From Cyanophyceae cyanobacterium (GTDB lineage Bacteria > Cyanobacteriota > Cyanobacteriia > Cyanobacteriales > Laspinemataceae): a stretch of DNA of 64,000 nucleotides. The DNA lies in contig JBBQFN010000002.1 in NCBI GenBank assembly GCA_038321985.1, positions 352,001-416,000 on the forward strand, in the 5' to 3' direction. The notes below the pieces were generated by a model. That model was not told where the DNA came from. It was given only the letters and a program-made list of their open reading frames with translations, and did not search any database. Positions 52,801 to 61,339 of the stretch are shown here, piece after piece. A program made the translations under genes and the position numbers. Within the stretch, counting starts at the first letter, position 1. Each line of letters starts with the position of its first letter.

Positions 52801-53136
52801 CCGGATTTTACAGGACCCAAAGAAACCTGGGTGGCACCGCGTACCCCCCTAGAAATCCAACTGGCTGAATTATGGTTAGAAGTGCTGAAAATTGAGCGGA
52901 GTGGACTGTATGACAACTTCTTTGAATTGGGCGGACATTCCTTGCTGGCAACCCAACTGATTTCGCGAATCCGGGAAGTATTTCAGGTGGAATTACCCCT
53001 GAAAACCTTATTTGAAGCCCCGACGATCGCCCAATTAGGGGAAGCGATCGCCCAGGGACAAGCCCCGGTGAAAGTACCGGCGATCGCCCGGGCATCGCGG
53101 CAGGGACGGCAGCTAAAGCGTTCCGAATTGAACTAA
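46816..53136 (+). CDS. NRPS: interface(I)-A(Asp)-T-C-A(Gly)-T
   Basis: N-terminal C-like domain with ISALSGD. Codes DLTKVGHVGK (Asp) and DILQFGMIWK (Gly-like). ATG 46816 after GGAGGA overlaps the upstream stop. Confidence 0.92.
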   Translation: MHSNHQAGFRLSPQQKRLWSYQSGNPAYRAQCSVLIAGQFNLERLHSAIQTVVNRHDILRTQFRRIPGMKTPIMVVDNQMGFHWQTLNLSAVSSEDAQAKIQAIFTAEQSLPFDRDKGSPLRVCAITLAADQLLLMVSISALSGDNGTLRNWVKELSLAYSDKLDTSPDEEGVQYVQFSEWQHELLGDAGDAESGIAYWQQQDFSALERMKLPLQIFPPIEKPFTPKSYPWMMDSQGVTQLQTLAQQWEISPAVLLLTCWQILLHRLTGESEIIVGTIYNIRDDYEELKSVCGLLSHGLPVRLNFTSELPLQTAVDLTATSLSESVEWQDYIHSEFLESKGLLFPIGFEFISLQEPDSVDGVSFSITQQFTHSEPFQVKLTVRECPDGLQFELSYDKNYVSADYIQQLSEQFQTLLTQAIAHPNQNISQLPILPEQQRQFLLQLNQTDKSYPIQGGIHQLFEAAVNHSPDAIALVFEETQLTYRQLNEQSNQLAHSLKKLGVGPDAVVGILTHRSHLPLVAMLGILKAGGAYLPLDAELPSEALSLRLQDVQPVAVVTEQSLSHRLDCPFVCLDGETLGGESIENLAPSATENNLAYILFTSGSTGQPKAVAIAHRQILNYCYAIQERLNLTTPASFALVSTLSADLGNTAIFPALCTGGTLHIMSKVRSSDPDALAAYFRQHPIDCLKIVPSHLMALLGGDRPGDILPRQCLVLGGETATWEAVATIRKSAPHCRIFNHYGPTETTVGVLTYEVPQNRPAYAKTVPLGSAIANTQIYILDRHQQPVPIGVTGELYIGGAGVARGYLNRPELTQDKFIPNPFHTSQETHLYKTGDRARYLPDGTIEFLGRVDEQVKIRGFRIELGEIETVLTQHPTVREAVVTLREDEPGNPRLVAYLVPFGKLETVAIREFLAQRLPEYMIPGMFVTLERLSLTNNGKCDRRALPAPDTQLATVEYIAPRTPVEAAIAGIWSELLHCPNISIHDDFFALGGHSLLATQAISRLRATFQVELPLKTLFEASTLATLAKCIERAIQAELGLEIPAIVPMSRGETAPLSFAQQRLWFLDRLDPGSPSYNLPRAVRITGKLNPTALEHCFTEIVRRHEILRTQFVSLNRNPLQQIIPATPFNLPVIDLQGLSPEDSEAQVRRITEAEARQGFNLESDRLLRGQLLQLGATEWVLLFTLHHIVSDGWSTGVLIRELAALYPEFSEGKPSPLPELPIQYADFALWQQNWLQGAILETQLGYWKEQLGGSLPVLELPTDKPRPPVQTFRGNNVSLTLPPALSESLKQLSGQQGVTLYMTLLAAFKTLLYRYSGQADILVGSPIANRNHGEIEQSIGFFVNTLVLRTDLSDNPSFCQLINRVRKVTLGAYAHQDLPFEKLVEALQPERDLSRHPLFQVMFIFQNAPVTPLELPGLTLEPLEHENGTAKYDLSLYVRETDAGLEATWEYNTDLFEPATIQRMQGHWQTLLEAIATAPETPISHLPLLTPTEEQQLLIQGNQTQADYPQTACLHHLFEAQAQRTPDAVAVEFAGDRLTYRQLNIKANQLAHYLQEWGVQPNQLVGLYIERSLDMAIALLGILKAGAAYLPLDPAYPSERLQFTLADAGVSVLLTHQHLVPKLPTDQARVFCLDTDWRTIAPSSPKNPRSPVQAENLAYIIYTSGSTGKPKGVEISHRALVNFLTSMQRQPGLTSEDILLSVTTLSFDIAALELFLPLIVGAKLLLVSREVATDGVRLAQTLNASGTTVMQATPATWRLLLAAGWEGSSSLKIFCGGEALDSTLAQQLQERCAELWNMYGPTETTIWSLVYRVEKFRGMVPIGRAIANTQVYVLDSHLQPVPLGVPGELYIGGDGLARGYLNRPELTQEKFISNPYQPGSRLYKTGDLVRYLADGNLEFIARIDNQVKLRGYRIELGEIEAVLAQHPQVQQSVVVLRETRLIAYWVKAATELILPDLKGFLKTKLPAYMVPAVFVELETLPLTPNGKIDRKSLPVPDFTGPKETWVAPRTPLEIQLAELWLEVLKIERSGLYDNFFELGGHSLLATQLISRIREVFQVELPLKTLFEAPTIAQLGEAIAQGQAPVKVPAIARASRQGRQLKRSELN

Positions 53137-53167
53137 GGGTATAAGGTAACATTCAGGAGAGGGTGCA

Positions 53168-56100
53168 ATGGTTATGGAACTGAATCAGCAGATGCAACAG
53201 TTAGACGAAGAGGTGACAATTTTTCCGCCCTCTTTCGCCCAACAGCGACTGTGGTTTATCGATCGCCTAGGGGTAGCAAACACGGTATATAATATCCCCG
53301 CAGCAGTGCGATTGACTGGGGAACTGGATGTACTGGCCCTGGAAAACAGCCTGCAAGCGATCATTGATCGCCATGAAGTCTTCCGGACCGGATTTGCTCT
53401 CACGTCCGGGGAACTGGTCCAGGCGATCGCCCCAACAGTGGAGTTCACCCTCAACCGGATCAACCTTCAGCATCTCCCAGAATCCAGCCGCGAAGCCCAA
53501 GGGCAAAAACTGGCTGAAACCGAGGCAAGCCAGGGGTTTGACTTGTCGCGTCCGCCCTTGTTGCGAGGGACGCTCATTCAACTGGGTGATTGCGATTGGA
53601 TGCTCGTTCTCACGATGCACCATATCATCTCCGATGGGTGGTCCATTGGCGTCTTGATTCGGGAACTCAGCACTTTGTATGCTGCCTTTTTCCAAGGTAA
53701 CCCCTCCCCGTTGCCTGAACTTCCGATCCAGTATGCCGATTTTGCCTTGTGGCAGCGCGACTGGTTACAGGGAGAGGTGTTAGAGGCACAGTTAACCTAC
53801 TGGAAACAGCAACTCGGCAGCACTCTGCCGATGTTAGACTTACCCAGCGATCGCCCCCGTCCCCCAGTCCAGACGTTCCGAGGGGCGAGTCACAGCTTCC
53901 AGTTACCCAAAGCTCTCTCGAACTCTCTCCAGGCATTGAGTCAGCAACAGGGAGTTACTTTATATATGACCCTGTTGGCGGCTTTTAATATCCTGTTGGC
54001 GCGATATTCGGGGCAGAAAGATATACTTGTTGGTTCCCCCATTGCCAATCGCACAAGCCAGGAACTCGAACCGCTAATCGGCTTTTTTGTAAATACCCTT
54101 GTCTTACGGACTGATTTATCGGACAATCCCTCGGTTGTGGACTTGCTGGGGCGGGTGCGGAATATCGCCCTGGATGCCTTTGCCCATCAGGATTTGCCCT
54201 TTGAGAAGCTGGTAGAAGCGTTGCAGCCCGATCGCGACTTGAGTCGTCCCCCGTTATTTCAAGTGATGTTTGTCCTCCAAAATGTGCCAACCTCTCAGGT
54301 GCAGTTACCGGGACTCTGTATGACCCCTGTGACACTCCAAAATAGCACCGCTAAGTTTGATGTAACCTTATATATAACCGAGACAGAAGCGGGACTCAAG
54401 GCGAATTTAGAATACAATCGTGACTTGTTTACCCCGGCAACGATGGCCCGAATGGGGGAACATTTCCAGAACCTGCTAACAGCGATCGCCGCGAACCCCC
54501 AGCAGCGTCTCTCAGAGTTGCCCTTAGCGAGTCCGGCAGAACAAGCGCTACTGATGGACTGGAACCGTACAGAGGCCGATTATCCCCGTCACTGCACGAT
54601 CGCTGACCTATTCGAGGCGCAAGTAGAACAGACTCCCGATGCTGTCGCCCTAGTTTGTGGCGATCGCACTTTGACTTATCGAGAACTCAACCGTCAGGCG
54701 AATCAACTCGCCCATCTGTTACAGCAGTCGGGAGTCGAAAGTGAGACTATTGTAGGGATTGCCATTGAGCGATCGCTGTTAGCCGTAGTCGGGATTCTCG
54801 GGATTCTCAAAGCAGGGGGCGCGTATCTTCCCCTTGACCCCGCTTATCCCCAAGAACGGTTAGCCTTTATGTTAGAAGATGCGGGAGTCACTCTGTTATT
54901 GACTCAGCAGCATCTATTAACCCTTTTACCCGTTCATTCTGTTCCGACAATTTGTCTGGATGGTGAAGGAGAAGGTTTAGGAAAACAGAGTCCTAAAAAC
55001 CCTCAGCGTCAACAGACTTCCGATGCGATCGCCTACATTGTTTACACCTCCGGGTCTACTGGCACTCCTAAAGCCGTTCAAGGTCTCCATCGCGGGGCTA
55101 TCAATCGATTTGCTTGGATGTGGAAAACCTATCCTTTTGCTCAAAATGAGGTCTGTTGTCAAAAAACTTCCTTAAATTTTGTAGATTCCGTTTGGGAACT
55201 GTTTGGACCACTACTGCAAGGGATTAAAACGGTAATTATTCCGGATATAATTGTTAAAAATCCCCAGAAATTTATCGAAATTTTGGCCCAAGAACAAGTT
55301 ACCCGCTTGGTTCTCGTTCCCACATTCCTGCACGTCTTGCTAGAAACTTATCCCGATTTATCCCAACGACTGAACGCTTTAAACTTTTGGATTACCAGTG
55401 GAGAAGCCCTGTCTCAGGATTTATTGCAATGTTTTAGAAATAGCCTGCCCCATAGTCTATTATTAAATCTATATGGATCTTCGGAAGTGTCCGCCGATGT
55501 GACTTATTATGCGTCTCATCCGGGGGAAATTGTTCCGGAGAGAGTGCCGATTGGTCGTCCTATTGCTAACACTCAAATTCACATTTTAGATGAAGCATTC
55601 CAGCCCGTACCCCTCGGAATCCGGGGTGAGATTTATGTAGGGGGAGAAGGATTGGCTAGAGGGTATCTCAACCGGCCCGCACTCACCGTAGAACGCTTTA
55701 TTCAAATGCCTGAAAATGATTCCCCGGGGGTGCGTCTTTATAAAACTGGGGACTTAGGTCGATATCTCCCTGATGGCAATATTCAATACTTAGGACGCCA
55801 AGATAATCAAGTCAAAATTCGCGGATTCCGCATTGAATTGGCTGAAGTCGAAACCGCCTTAAGAACCCATCCCGAAATTCAGGATGGAGTGGTAATAGTC
55901 CGGGAAGATGAACCGGGGAATCAAAGATTAGTCGCTTATTTAGTTTGTCAGGAAAATGGCAAGAATTTAAGTAACAACTCCTGGCGGGAATTCCTTCTAA
56001 AAAAGTTACCAGAGTACATGGTTCCCACGGCTTTTGTTCACTTGGAAGCCCTGCCGTTAAATCCCAACGGCAAAGTCGAGCGCCACGCCTTACCCAAGCC

Positions 56101-56485
56101 GAGTCACCTGGCTATTCACTCCGGGGGAAATCATCAAGAACCCCGGACAAAAATCGAAGAAACCATCGCCTCGGTTTGGAAACAACTACTGTCTATTGAA
56201 CGAGTAGGAATCCACCATAACTTTTTTGAAATGGGCGGCCATTCGTTGCTGCTGATGCAAGTTCATCACCAATTACAAAAAACTTTGAACCGTGAATTTC
56301 CTCTAGTCATCCTGTTTCAATATCCCACAATTGCTACTTTAGCGAACTATTTTGTACCCCCAGAAGATCCGGCGACAATTCATCACCCAAGTCAGGACAG
56401 GGCCACCCATCGGATTGCATCGATGAATCGGCGCAAACAACGGCGAAACTCTATTAAAAATAACGAACCCTATTCTAACGGTTAA
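53168..56485 (+). CDS. NRPS: C-A(beta-Ala)-T
   Basis: HHIISDGWS; A4 motif FVDSVW and code VDWVISLADK, the beta-alanine-type signature; GGHSL. Confidence 0.9.
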   Translation: MVMELNQQMQQLDEEVTIFPPSFAQQRLWFIDRLGVANTVYNIPAAVRLTGELDVLALENSLQAIIDRHEVFRTGFALTSGELVQAIAPTVEFTLNRINLQHLPESSREAQGQKLAETEASQGFDLSRPPLLRGTLIQLGDCDWMLVLTMHHIISDGWSIGVLIRELSTLYAAFFQGNPSPLPELPIQYADFALWQRDWLQGEVLEAQLTYWKQQLGSTLPMLDLPSDRPRPPVQTFRGASHSFQLPKALSNSLQALSQQQGVTLYMTLLAAFNILLARYSGQKDILVGSPIANRTSQELEPLIGFFVNTLVLRTDLSDNPSVVDLLGRVRNIALDAFAHQDLPFEKLVEALQPDRDLSRPPLFQVMFVLQNVPTSQVQLPGLCMTPVTLQNSTAKFDVTLYITETEAGLKANLEYNRDLFTPATMARMGEHFQNLLTAIAANPQQRLSELPLASPAEQALLMDWNRTEADYPRHCTIADLFEAQVEQTPDAVALVCGDRTLTYRELNRQANQLAHLLQQSGVESETIVGIAIERSLLAVVGILGILKAGGAYLPLDPAYPQERLAFMLEDAGVTLLLTQQHLLTLLPVHSVPTICLDGEGEGLGKQSPKNPQRQQTSDAIAYIVYTSGSTGTPKAVQGLHRGAINRFAWMWKTYPFAQNEVCCQKTSLNFVDSVWELFGPLLQGIKTVIIPDIIVKNPQKFIEILAQEQVTRLVLVPTFLHVLLETYPDLSQRLNALNFWITSGEALSQDLLQCFRNSLPHSLLLNLYGSSEVSADVTYYASHPGEIVPERVPIGRPIANTQIHILDEAFQPVPLGIRGEIYVGGEGLARGYLNRPALTVERFIQMPENDSPGVRLYKTGDLGRYLPDGNIQYLGRQDNQVKIRGFRIELAEVETALRTHPEIQDGVVIVREDEPGNQRLVAYLVCQENGKNLSNNSWREFLLKKLPEYMVPTAFVHLEALPLNPNGKVERHALPKPSHLAIHSGGNHQEPRTKIEETIASVWKQLLSIERVGIHHNFFEMGGHSLLLMQVHHQLQKTLNREFPLVILFQYPTIATLANYFVPPEDPATIHHPSQDRATHRIASMNRRKQRRNSIKNNEPYSNG

Positions 56486-56538
56486 TTCCAAATCCCCACT
56501 CTAACCCTTTGTAAACTTATCTGGATTTAATAACTCCC

Positions 56539-58152
56539 ATGCTTCAAATTCATCCTGTTAATTCCTCTATTGATGCTTGGACTCCTTCTATTAAAGGGAG
56601 TATCCTCAGCCTCTTTGATCCATCCCCCCAGGCAGAAAACTGGGAAAAAGATGTTGATGAACAAATTTTAAAAATAACTTATCAATTTTTGCGGCAAATA
56701 GAAGCCACTAGCGATATTGAGCTTCATGACCTAGTTGCTCAATTTAAAGAATTTCATATTCCGGCTGAGGCGGCAAATTTTGAAGATTATTTGGAGAGTT
56801 TAACGAAAACCATCATCCCTCATTCAATTCATACGTCATCCCCGCGTTTTATCGGTCACATGACCTCGGCATTACCTCATTTTATGCGCCCCCTCGCTAA
56901 ACTGATGACTGCCTTGAATCAGAATTTAGTGAAGACAGAAACCGCTAAAGCATTTACCCCTTATGAACGGCAAGCATTAGGTATTTTGCATCGATCGCTG
57001 TATCAGTTCCCCGATGAATTTTACGAAGGCCACCTGCAAAATTCCCAGAGCACTTTGGGGATGGTTGTTTCCGGGGGAACCAGCGCTAATTTGACCGCCA
57101 TGTGGTGTGCCCGTAATAGCTCATTGGGGCCGAAGGGTGATTTTAAAGGCATTGAAAAAGAAGGGTTAGCGGCTGCTTTGAATTTCTATGGATACCAAAG
57201 ACAAGTGATTATCGGTTCGAGTTTGATGCACTACTCCTTTGAAAAGGCAGCAGATTTATTAGGAATAGGCAGTCAAGGATTAATTAAAATTCCTGCCGAT
57301 CGCCACAACCGAATTGATTTGGATTGCCTGCGGGAAACCGTAGCCCAATGTCGTGCCCAAAAGCAACATATTATCGCCATTGTTGGCATTGCTGGAACCA
57401 CAGACTCAGGCGGAATCGACCCCATCGAAGAGATGGCAACGATCGCCCAAGAAACAGGGGTACATTTTCACGTTGATGCAGCTTGGGGAGGACCGTTAAT
57501 CTTTTCTCAACAACATCGCTATAAGTTAGCAGGAATTGAACAAGCGGATTCAGTAACCATTGATGCTCACAAACAATTATATGCACCGATGGGGATCGGC
57601 ATGGTGATGTTCCAAAATCCCCAACTGGCAAAGGCGATTGAAAAACACGCTTGTTATACAGTGCGGGAAGGGTCAGCAGATTTGGGTCAGCGATCGCTGG
57701 AAGGGTCCCGCCCTGCCATGTCCCTGTTTCTGCACGCTGGATTGCACGCGATCGGGCTAAAAGGGTATGAATTCTTAATTGATGAAGGCATCCGCAAAAC
57801 TCAGTATATGGCTGAACAGGTGCGATCGCGTCCGGAATTTGAACTCTTAGCAGAACCGGAAATTAATCTATTGATTTATCGTTACATCCCTCAAGAATGG
57901 CGAGAATTAGCCATAGCAGGGGAGTTAACAGAAACCCAAAATAAAGCCATTGATTTAGTCAATGAACAGTTACAAAAAGCCCAACGTCACGCGGGACGCA
58001 CGTTTATCGCCCGCACGATTACTCAAACGACTCGGTATCGACCCCGTTCGATTGTGGCATTACGGGCAGCTATTGCTAATCCTCTGACGACTGAAGCCGA
58101 TATCGATGCTGTATTAGAAGACCAAATTGCTCTCATGACCCGTTTAAATTGA
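56539..58152 (+). CDS. panP: PLP-dependent group II decarboxylase, PanP-like aspartate 1-decarboxylase (beta-alanine supply)
   Basis: FIGHMTSALP, LNQNLVKTET, SGGTSANLTA, HYSFEKAAD, HVDAAWGG, DAHKQLY (PLP Lys), LEGSRP. Confidence 0.8.
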   Translation: MLQIHPVNSSIDAWTPSIKGSILSLFDPSPQAENWEKDVDEQILKITYQFLRQIEATSDIELHDLVAQFKEFHIPAEAANFEDYLESLTKTIIPHSIHTSSPRFIGHMTSALPHFMRPLAKLMTALNQNLVKTETAKAFTPYERQALGILHRSLYQFPDEFYEGHLQNSQSTLGMVVSGGTSANLTAMWCARNSSLGPKGDFKGIEKEGLAAALNFYGYQRQVIIGSSLMHYSFEKAADLLGIGSQGLIKIPADRHNRIDLDCLRETVAQCRAQKQHIIAIVGIAGTTDSGGIDPIEEMATIAQETGVHFHVDAAWGGPLIFSQQHRYKLAGIEQADSVTIDAHKQLYAPMGIGMVMFQNPQLAKAIEKHACYTVREGSADLGQRSLEGSRPAMSLFLHAGLHAIGLKGYEFLIDEGIRKTQYMAEQVRSRPEFELLAEPEINLLIYRYIPQEWRELAIAGELTETQNKAIDLVNEQLQKAQRHAGRTFIARTITQTTRYRPRSIVALRAAIANPLTTEADIDAVLEDQIALMTRLN

Positions 58153-58200
58153 GCCTAAACTTAGATAATTTCTCCCTTAGCAGTGTAAAAAATAGAACCC

Positions 58201-61200
58201 ATGAATAACTTTTCTGAACCAATAGAAAGCCTAGATGCGATCGCCATTGTCGGGATGGCGATTCGGTTTCCGGGTGCCAATTCCCCCGAACAATTCTGGC
58301 AAAATTTAGAACAAGGAGTAGAATCTATCTCCTTTTTCTCCGAAGGTGATATTGTTGCAGCAGGAATCGACCCAGAATTAGTCCAAAATCCCCGCTATGT
58401 TAAAGCCCGTTCTATCTTAGAAAATGTAGAACAATTTGATGCCAAATTTTTTGGATTTACCCCCCGAGAAGCGGCCATCACTGACCCCCAACATCGCATC
58501 ATGCTTGAATGCGCTTGGGAATCCTTAGAAAATGCCGGATACGATAGCGAAACCTATCCTGGGCGAATAGGAGTATATGCCGGGATGGGATTAAGCAGTT
58601 ATTCTTTATTTAATTTATATCCCAACCGAGATTTAATTGAATCAGTCGGAGTCTTTCAAACCTTAATTAGCAATGACAAAGATTTTCTGCCCACGCGGAT
58701 TTCTTATCAATTGAATTTACGCGGTCCTAGCGTTAACGTTCAAACCGCTTGTTCTACCTCTTTAGTAGCGGTGCATATCGCCTGCCAAAGTTTGCTGAAT
58801 GGGGAATGCGATATGGCTTTAGCAGGCGCTGGTAGCATTCGAGTTCCGCAACAATCCGGTTATTTATATCAAGAGGAAAGCATTCTTTCCCCCGATGGTC
58901 ATTGTCGAGCTTTTGATGCTAATGCCAAAGGGACCGTATTCGGCAATGGGGCGGGAATTGTAGTCTTAAAACGATTGGAAAATGCCATTGCCGATGGGGA
59001 TACAATTCGCGCCATTATTAAAGGATCTGCCATTAATAATGATGGGAATTTAAAAGTAGGTTATACTGCGCCCAGTGTTGCCGGTCAAGCTGAGGCGATC
59101 GCCGAAGCAATGGCGGTGGCAAATGTTGCGCCAGAAACCGTTAGTTATATCCAAACTCACGGGACCGGCACCGCCTTGGGAGACCCCATAGAAATCGCTG
59201 CCCTTACCCAAGTTTTCTCCGGCCATACTGATAAAAAAGCCTGCTGTGCGATCGGTTCAGTCAAGAGCAATATCGGTCATTTGGATACTGCTTCAGGAAT
59301 TGCTGGATTGGTTCAAACTGTGTTAGCCCTCGAACATCAAGCGATTCCCCCCACTTTGCATTTTGAATCACCTAATCCTCAAATTGACTTTGAAAATAGT
59401 CCATTTTATGTTAATGTGAAACTATCACCATGGCAATCCGGAGAAACCCCCCGTCGGGCGGGAGTCAGTTCTTTTGGAATTGGGGGTACAAACGCTCATA
59501 TCGTCTTAGAAGAAGCGCCGGTTACTAACAAAAAAGCACAAAACAGCCGCCTACCTCAACTGTTAGTTATTTCTGCCAAAACTGCATCTGCCTTAGAAAA
59601 ATCCACCCAGAATTTAGCAGATTATTTAAAAGACCATTCCCATTGCAATTTAGCCGATGTCGCCTACACCTTACAAGTGGGACGGCGGGGATTTAATTAT
59701 CGCCGGATGGTCGTTGCTGAAACAGCGGAAGCGGCAGCAACGGCCCTTTCTAGTCGAGAACCCCAGGGCGTATTTAGCAGCGAATGTACCACCGTTAATC
59801 CCCCTATTACCTTTATGTTCCCCGGACAAGGGTCACAATATGTGAACATGGGACGGGGACTCTATGAAAATCAGCCAGTTTTTCGAGAATGGGTGGATCG
59901 TGCCTGTGAACTGTTGTTGCCTCACTTAGCACTTGATTTACGGACCTTACTCTATCCCGAACCCGGCACCGAAGCAGCCGCAACGGAACGACTCGCACAA
60001 ACCCAATTCACCCAACCGGCTTTATTTGTCGTCGAATATGCCATCGCACAACTCTGGAAAGCGTGGGGAATTCAACCCACTGCGGCGATCGGTCATAGCA
60101 TCGGCGAATATGTTGCCGCCTGTCTTGCCGGGGTGTTCTCCTTTGAGGATGCCTTAGCGTTAGTGGCAGTCCGAGGACGACTGATGCAGCAATTGCCGGG
60201 GGGTTCTATGTTGGCAGTTTGTTTATCGGAGGAGGAAGTGCGAAAACATCTGGAAGAAAGCCTTTCCCTGGCAACCATTAACAGTCCCTCTCTGTGCGCT
60301 ATTTCCGGGAAAACCGAGGCGATCGCCCAATTGGAACGACAACTCACCGAAACCGGCGTCACCTGTCGCCGTCTGCATACCTCTCACGCCTTCCATTCCC
60401 CGATGATGGAACCGATTTTAGATGAATTTCGCGATCGCGTTGCCCAAGTGAGACGAAACGCCCCGCAACTGCCGTTTATCTCCAATGTCACTGGCACTTG
60501 GATCACCCCAGAAGAGGCGATCGACCCCAATTATTGGGCGACTCATTTGCGTCAACCTGTACAATTTTCTGATGGGATTGCTGAAATATTAACCCGAGAG
60601 GATTCTCTTTTTCTGGAAGTGGGACCGGGACGGACTCTGAGTACCTTAACCCAACAACAAGTTAATCCAAAATTTCCCCGAACGATTCTAACCTCTCTGT
60701 CTCATCCCCGAGATGGACAATCGGATTTAGCCGTTCTCTTTTCAACATTAGGACGCCTCTGGTTGGCGGGAGTTAACATTGATTGGATGGCATTATATGG
60801 ACAAGAAAAACCTAGCCATGTTCCCTTGCCAACCTATCCCTTTGAACGCCAGCGTTACTGGATTGACCCGCCCCAATTCACTCGGCAAAATCGTTCTATC
60901 GAACCCTTCCAATTTTTGCCCAATACTGAAGGGACGATGGAGGTAGAACCTAATTACAGTAAGGGGAGTAATTCTAGTTATATTGCTCCCACAAATGAAC
61001 TCGAACAAGCCTTAGCCGAAATTTGGCAAGAATTGCTAGGCTTCGAGAAAGTCGGGATTTATGATAATTTCTTTGAACTCGGGGGTCATTCCCTCTTAGC
61101 AACTCAATTACTATCTCGAATTGCCACCACATTAGATGTAAAAGTACCTATGCGTCGGTTAATGGAAACCGCCACCATTGCTGAGTTAGCGGTTGCAATT

Positions 61201-61272
61201 GAAGAAGAATTGATTGCTGACTTGGAGGGTTTAAGCGATGAAGAGGCGGAACGATTGCTGATTCAATCTTAA
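58201..61272 (+). CDS. Type I PKS module KS-AT(malonyl)-ACP, no reductive domains
   Basis: VQTACSTS (hybrid-type KS), HGTGT, NIGHLD; AT GHSIG and HAFHS; LPTYPFERQRYW followed by a short linker and GGHSL carrier. Confidence 0.93.
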   Translation: MNNFSEPIESLDAIAIVGMAIRFPGANSPEQFWQNLEQGVESISFFSEGDIVAAGIDPELVQNPRYVKARSILENVEQFDAKFFGFTPREAAITDPQHRIMLECAWESLENAGYDSETYPGRIGVYAGMGLSSYSLFNLYPNRDLIESVGVFQTLISNDKDFLPTRISYQLNLRGPSVNVQTACSTSLVAVHIACQSLLNGECDMALAGAGSIRVPQQSGYLYQEESILSPDGHCRAFDANAKGTVFGNGAGIVVLKRLENAIADGDTIRAIIKGSAINNDGNLKVGYTAPSVAGQAEAIAEAMAVANVAPETVSYIQTHGTGTALGDPIEIAALTQVFSGHTDKKACCAIGSVKSNIGHLDTASGIAGLVQTVLALEHQAIPPTLHFESPNPQIDFENSPFYVNVKLSPWQSGETPRRAGVSSFGIGGTNAHIVLEEAPVTNKKAQNSRLPQLLVISAKTASALEKSTQNLADYLKDHSHCNLADVAYTLQVGRRGFNYRRMVVAETAEAAATALSSREPQGVFSSECTTVNPPITFMFPGQGSQYVNMGRGLYENQPVFREWVDRACELLLPHLALDLRTLLYPEPGTEAAATERLAQTQFTQPALFVVEYAIAQLWKAWGIQPTAAIGHSIGEYVAACLAGVFSFEDALALVAVRGRLMQQLPGGSMLAVCLSEEEVRKHLEESLSLATINSPSLCAISGKTEAIAQLERQLTETGVTCRRLHTSHAFHSPMMEPILDEFRDRVAQVRRNAPQLPFISNVTGTWITPEEAIDPNYWATHLRQPVQFSDGIAEILTREDSLFLEVGPGRTLSTLTQQQVNPKFPRTILTSLSHPRDGQSDLAVLFSTLGRLWLAGVNIDWMALYGQEKPSHVPLPTYPFERQRYWIDPPQFTRQNRSIEPFQFLPNTEGTMEVEPNYSKGSNSSYIAPTNELEQALAEIWQELLGFEKVGIYDNFFELGGHSLLATQLLSRIATTLDVKVPMRRLMETATIAELAVAIEEELIADLEGLSDEEAERLLIQS

Positions 61273-61339
61273 GTTAAAAACAAAGCAATACCCTGTCCCC
61301 ACGAAAATTATTGTCCTGTTTTATCTCTAAATAATCCCC

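Noticed and set aside
38082..56485. Epimerization domains / D-residues
   Set aside because: All T domains are GGHSL-type and followed by LCL-like C domains (SFAQ.RLWF) or protein ends; no E domain in the window.
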